Source: Methanothermobacter thermautotrophicus str. Delta H (GTDB lineage Archaea > Methanobacteriota > Methanobacteria > Methanobacteriales > Methanothermobacteraceae). Taken from it: a stretch of 32,000 bases of DNA. Below are positions 29,115 to 32,000 of this stretch, piece by piece; positions within the stretch are counted from its first letter, which is position 1, and every line of letters begins with the position of its first letter. The notes below the pieces were generated by a model. It did not search any database and was not told the DNA's origin. It worked only from the letters and a program-made list of their open reading frames with translations. The stretch spans positions 1,290,001 through 1,322,000 of the forward strand of contig NC_000916.1 of the NCBI RefSeq assembly GCF_000008645.1, written 5' to 3'. The position numbers and the translations under genes were made by a program.

Positions 29115-30227
29115 TCACTCCCTTCTATCTTTACCCCATTCAGCCAGTGTGGACTGGAAGCCATCAAGGTATATGAATGGTTCTGCCCTATTCATCCTCA
29201 CACCCATCTTTCTGAGCCTTTCAGGTGTGAGGCGTGTCCTGCTGCGCATCTCAATTATTCTCCTGGCAGACTTGGGACCGATCCCGGGGACCCTTATGAT
29301 TTCATGGTAGGGTGCGCTCTCAAGGTCAACAGGAAAGATATCCATATCCATTGCAGCAGCATATTTCGGGTCAAGGTCCGTGTCAAGGTAGCCCCCACTG
29401 AACCTGAGTTCATCTGGACTGAAACCATAGGAACTGAGGAGGGAATCTGCCTGATAAAGCCTAAGAACCCTCATAGGATCAGCTTCATCCCTGGATTCGA
29501 GGGGAGTGCCCTCCATGGGCTGGAAGCCGCTGAAGTAAACCCTTTTAATTGAGAAACGGTCATGGATCCACCCGACTCTTTTCACTATATCCTCATCTGT
29601 TTCATCAACGGCCCCAACCATGAGCTGTGTGCTCTGACCTGAGGGTGCAAGTTCGGGGTGCCTCTTCCGTAACCTGTGTATCCACCTCATTCTCCGGAGT
29701 ATATCAACACCGTAATCCTTGGTTGATGAAAGCTCATCCAGGCCATCGGGGGTGGCTGTCTCGATGTTGATGCTCACACGGCTTGCAAGCTCCATGGCCC
29801 TCTTTATGCTATCCATGGAGGATCCCGGTATGATCTTGAGGTGTATGTAACCACCATAGCCTTCCAGACGGAGGATCCTGAGGGTTTCTATGAGACGCTC
29901 CATGGTTTCATCCGGGTCGTGGCTGACACCGGAACTTAGGAAGAGACCATCAACATATCTCCTCTCATAGTAGTCAAGGAATACCCTGGCAATTTCCTCA
30001 GGGCTGAGCTCCACCGGCATCTCGCATGAGCTGTTTATACAGTACCTGCAGTCATTGCAGCACCTGTTGGTGAGGAGCACCTTGAAGAGGGGGACCCTGC
30101 AGCCCCTGTAACTGGTGTAGTAGATGCCAGGGACAGCTGTATTTCGCTGTGATGGGTCAGCACTGTAATCACACAGGTCAAACTGGGCGCTGTCACTTAG
30201 TACCTGGACCCTTTCACCGAGACTCAT
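29115..30227 (-). CDS. radical SAM protein with C-terminal helix-hairpin-helix domain (putative DNA modification/repair radical SAM family)
   Basis: CxxxCxxC in LLTNRCCNDCRYC. Other family-typical blocks as I recall them: GLFLSSG, TMERL, GYIHLKIIPG, RVSINIE. The C-terminal IIRVPGIGPKSARRIIE is an HhH motif. I prefer start ATG 30227 (MSLGERVQVLSDSAQFDLCDY) with an A/T-rich TATA-like element about 25-35 nt upstream, which suggests a leaderless mRNA. The track start is 30293. Confidence 0.75.
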   Translation of the reverse strand: MSLGERVQVLSDSAQFDLCDYSADPSQRNTAVPGIYYTSYRGCRVPLFKVLLTNRCCNDCRYCINSSCEMPVELSPEEIARVFLDYYERRYVDGLFLSSGVSHDPDETMERLIETLRILRLEGYGGYIHLKIIPGSSMDSIKRAMELASRVSINIETATPDGLDELSSTKDYGVDILRRMRWIHRLRKRHPELAPSGQSTQLMVGAVDETDEDIVKRVGWIHDRFSIKRVYFSGFQPMEGTPLESRDEADPMRVLRLYQADSLLSSYGFSPDELRFSGGYLDTDLDPKYAAAMDMDIFPVDLESAPYHEIIRVPGIGPKSARRIIEMRSRTRLTPERLRKMGVRMNRAEPFIYLDGFQSTLAEWGKDRRE

Positions 30228-30835
30228 GGAGGTATATATGTGGAGGCTTCTATTAATTATTTTACCAGTACATGGACTGCCAGATTTTACCATTAGATTG
30301 GACTGCCAGATGACCAGAAATTAACCATTAAATGAGTTTTAATGACAGTTGGATATATGAACATTTTAACGGCTATTTCACAATTTAAACCACCGAATCA
30401 GGCACGAAATTCGAATCAGACCTCTAAATGATCCAGATGGATTTTGCAGCCTCTTTCAGTATAATCCATTGGACCATCGCAACCAGAAAGGAGCTTAAAA
30501 TGACTTATTTTTCGAAAAAGACGATTTAGATTGTCAAAGAGGTTTAAAGGGGAAATAAAAATGACACATCCATTATCAGCATATTTGAAAAAGGATTAAA
30601 AGGTTTTAATTGAAAAAAAGAGTTTTATGATGCCTTATTTTTTGATTTGGAGGCAAAATATTTATATATGGCTTCGCAGTTATATTCCTACCATCCAGAG
30701 GGAACGATAAACGTATTTCTGGATTGGAGGCGGTACAATTAAGCGATTTTTTATTACATCCCTGTTCCTCCTTCCCATGGTAGCAGCAGGTGTGGCTGCT
30801 TCCCATGATGCGGAGGATGGAAGAACTTTGTAACC

Positions 30836-31228
30836 GTGAAGCCGGTTAAGGTTGCTGCAGCAAAGCACACCTACAAGAAAAAGAGGGTTCATACAAAGGC
30901 CTACTACAGGAAGAAGGTCTACAAGAGGAAACACGTCAGGGCCTACAGACGCATATCCCGTGATGTGGGAGCATCTTACCACAGGGTAACTTCACAGTAC
31001 GTTGAATCGGTGGGTAGATGTTCATGCTCACTCCACACAGACTACGCTGAACACAGGGCTGCCTTCAGGAACCACTGCCCCTTCTGTGGCAGGGACGGTA
31101 CACTGAGGTATGAGAAGGGTCCCACCTGTCCAGAGGGTATGTGGGTATGCAGTCACTGTGACGCGGATTTCTGTCTTGTACATGGAAAGTCCCACACAGC
31201 AAGGGCAAGGTACCTTATCAGGTGCTGA
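30836..31228 (+). CDS. small protein with an extremely basic K/R/Y-rich N-terminus and a Cys/His-rich (zinc-ribbon-like) C-terminal domain, function unknown
   Basis: 130 codons from GTG 30836. There is no in-frame ATG upstream, and a TGA sits at 30806. AGG-dominated Arg usage matches the host genes. The C-terminus carries 8 Cys and 5 His (CSCSLH...HCPFCG...CPEGMWVCSHCDADFCLVHGKSH). Confidence 0.6.
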   Translation: MKPVKVAAAKHTYKKKRVHTKAYYRKKVYKRKHVRAYRRISRDVGASYHRVTSQYVESVGRCSCSLHTDYAEHRAAFRNHCPFCGRDGTLRYEKGPTCPEGMWVCSHCDADFCLVHGKSHTARARYLIRC

Positions 31229-31360
31229 TGCAGTCTCTAAACTCCATCATCTTCTGTCGGCCGCAGGGTATCTTACGGGGCTGATGCATTCCATCAGCTC
31301 CGGTCATTTTTCTCTGTTTGTTACAAATAATTTAAATAAATTGAGCGCTGACCATCATAC

Positions 31361-32000
31361 ATGAGAGTTGTACTTGCAGGGACAGGGAGTGCGGTTGGTA
31401 AGACCACAATAGCAACAGGGATAATGAAGGCGCTCTCAGGTAGAGGCGTGCAGCCCTTCAAGGTTGGCCCAGACTACATAGACCCATCCTATCATACCAT
31501 GGCCACCGGCAACACCTCAAGGAACATTGACTCATTCTTCATGACAGAGGCCCAGATAAGGGAGGCATTCACAAGGGCCATGAAATTATCAGGATCCAGG
31601 ATGGGCATAATAGAGGGTGTAAGGGGATTATATGAGGGTATAAGCCCGATAGGAGATACAGGAAGTACGGCATCAGTTGCAAAGGCACTCGATGCTCCGG
31701 TTGTCCTTATAATAAACTCAAGGAGCCTTGTTAAGAGCGCTGCAGCAATGGTCCTAGGATTCAGAAGCCTCGACAGGGAGGTTAAAATAGAGGGCGTCAT
31801 ACTGAACCAGGTCAAGAACAGGAGGCACTACCTCAAGACCAGAAGGGCCGTGGAGGAACTGACCGGCACAGCGGTTATTGGGGGCATACCCCGCAGCAGT
31901 GAACTCGAGGTTGAACAGAGACACCTCGGCCTTGTCCCTGCAGTTGAGAGGGATACCATAGCAGCCCAAATCGAGAAGTGGGGCCTTGCAATGGAGGAGT
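31361..32000 (+). CDS. cbiA: cobyrinate / Ni-sirohydrochlorin a,c-diamide synthase (CbiA/CfbB family); 3' part lies beyond the window end
   Basis: Absent from the ORF track because it has no stop in the window. ATG 31361 opens [45 protein letters not shown]...[11 protein letters not shown]..., the CbiA N-terminal ATPase domain. I cannot tell from this fragment whether it serves cobamide (CbiA) or F430 (CfbB) synthesis. Confidence 0.88.
   Translation, partial: MRVVLAGTGSAVGKTTIATGIMKALSGRGVQPFKVGPDYIDPSYHTMATGNTSRNIDSFFMTEAQIREAFTRAMKLSGSRMGIIEGVRGLYEGISPIGDTGSTASVAKALDAPVVLIINSRSLVKSAAAMVLGFRSLDREVKIEGVILNQVKNRRHYLKTRRAVEELTGTAVIGGIPRSSELEVEQRHLGLVPAVERDTIAAQIEKWGLAMEE

Noticed and set aside
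30294-30835. A/T-rich 540-nt intergenic region as a replication origin
   Set aside because: I found no ORB or mini-ORB-type inverted repeat pairs and no adjacent orc1/cdc6 gene. As I recall, the known origin of this lineage sits beside cdc6 elsewhere. There is no positive evidence here.
30680-30982. 100-aa and 66-aa minus-strand ORFs overlapping the start of the basic Zn-protein gene and the non-coding island
   Set aside because: They overlap a better-supported plus-strand ORF and an A/T-rich non-coding segment. They have no RBS, and their composition is unlike the host genes.

Overview
This is a gene-dense chromosomal segment of a hydrogenotrophic methanogen, most likely Methanothermobacter (thermautotrophicus-like). 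That assignment rests on my recollection of gene content and order, plus AGG-rich Arg codon usage, GGTGAT/GGAGG ribosome-binding sites and TTTATATA-type promoters. It is not a database result. I call about 35 protein genes and 2 tRNAs, and saw no CRISPR array, IS element, prophage or rRNA.

Most of the window is housekeeping:
- Branched-chain amino-acid synthesis: ilvE, ilvC-ilvN-ilvB, ilvD.
- Other metabolism: purD, argF, a CobT-like protein, cbiA.
- Translation and tRNA modification: argS, thrS, the Kae1-Bud32 fusion, tandem tRNA-Val genes.
- Other: signal peptidase, a Ham1-family ITPase, surE, uppP.

The most interesting locus is 27954-29088. A Soj-type parA is preceded by a head-to-tail array of seven 7-bp units (consensus TTATAAC). 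It is followed, after a 1-nt gap, by a 97-aa ORF. That ORF joins a ParB/Spo0J N-terminal box (KKGLGMGLDALI) to a C-terminal segment that looks like a ribbon-helix-helix domain. This is the architecture of a type-Ib plasmid partition cassette, here on an archaeal chromosome. A second array of the same 7-bp unit fills the ilvE-uppP gap at 4862-4903.

Four conserved genes are disrupted. uppP, surE and parA each carry an apparent 1-nt frameshift, and a MgtC/DUF4010 membrane-protein gene carries an in-frame TAG. These are either sequence errors or genuine pseudogenes, and that needs resolving before any functional claim about parA.

Other poorly understood content:
- A membrane-anchored Mrr-like nuclease-fold protein.
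- A DUF11 surface protein with a sortase-like C-terminal signal.
- A four-gene cluster of paralogous His-rich membrane modules, a Cys-rich ectodomain, a wHTH regulator and a small membrane protein.
- A rubredoxin-Hcp fusion with a cupin and a divergent TrmB regulator.
- An orphan HhH-containing radical SAM protein.
- A 540-nt AT-rich non-coding region with a candidate small RNA.
- A very basic Cys/His-rich small protein.
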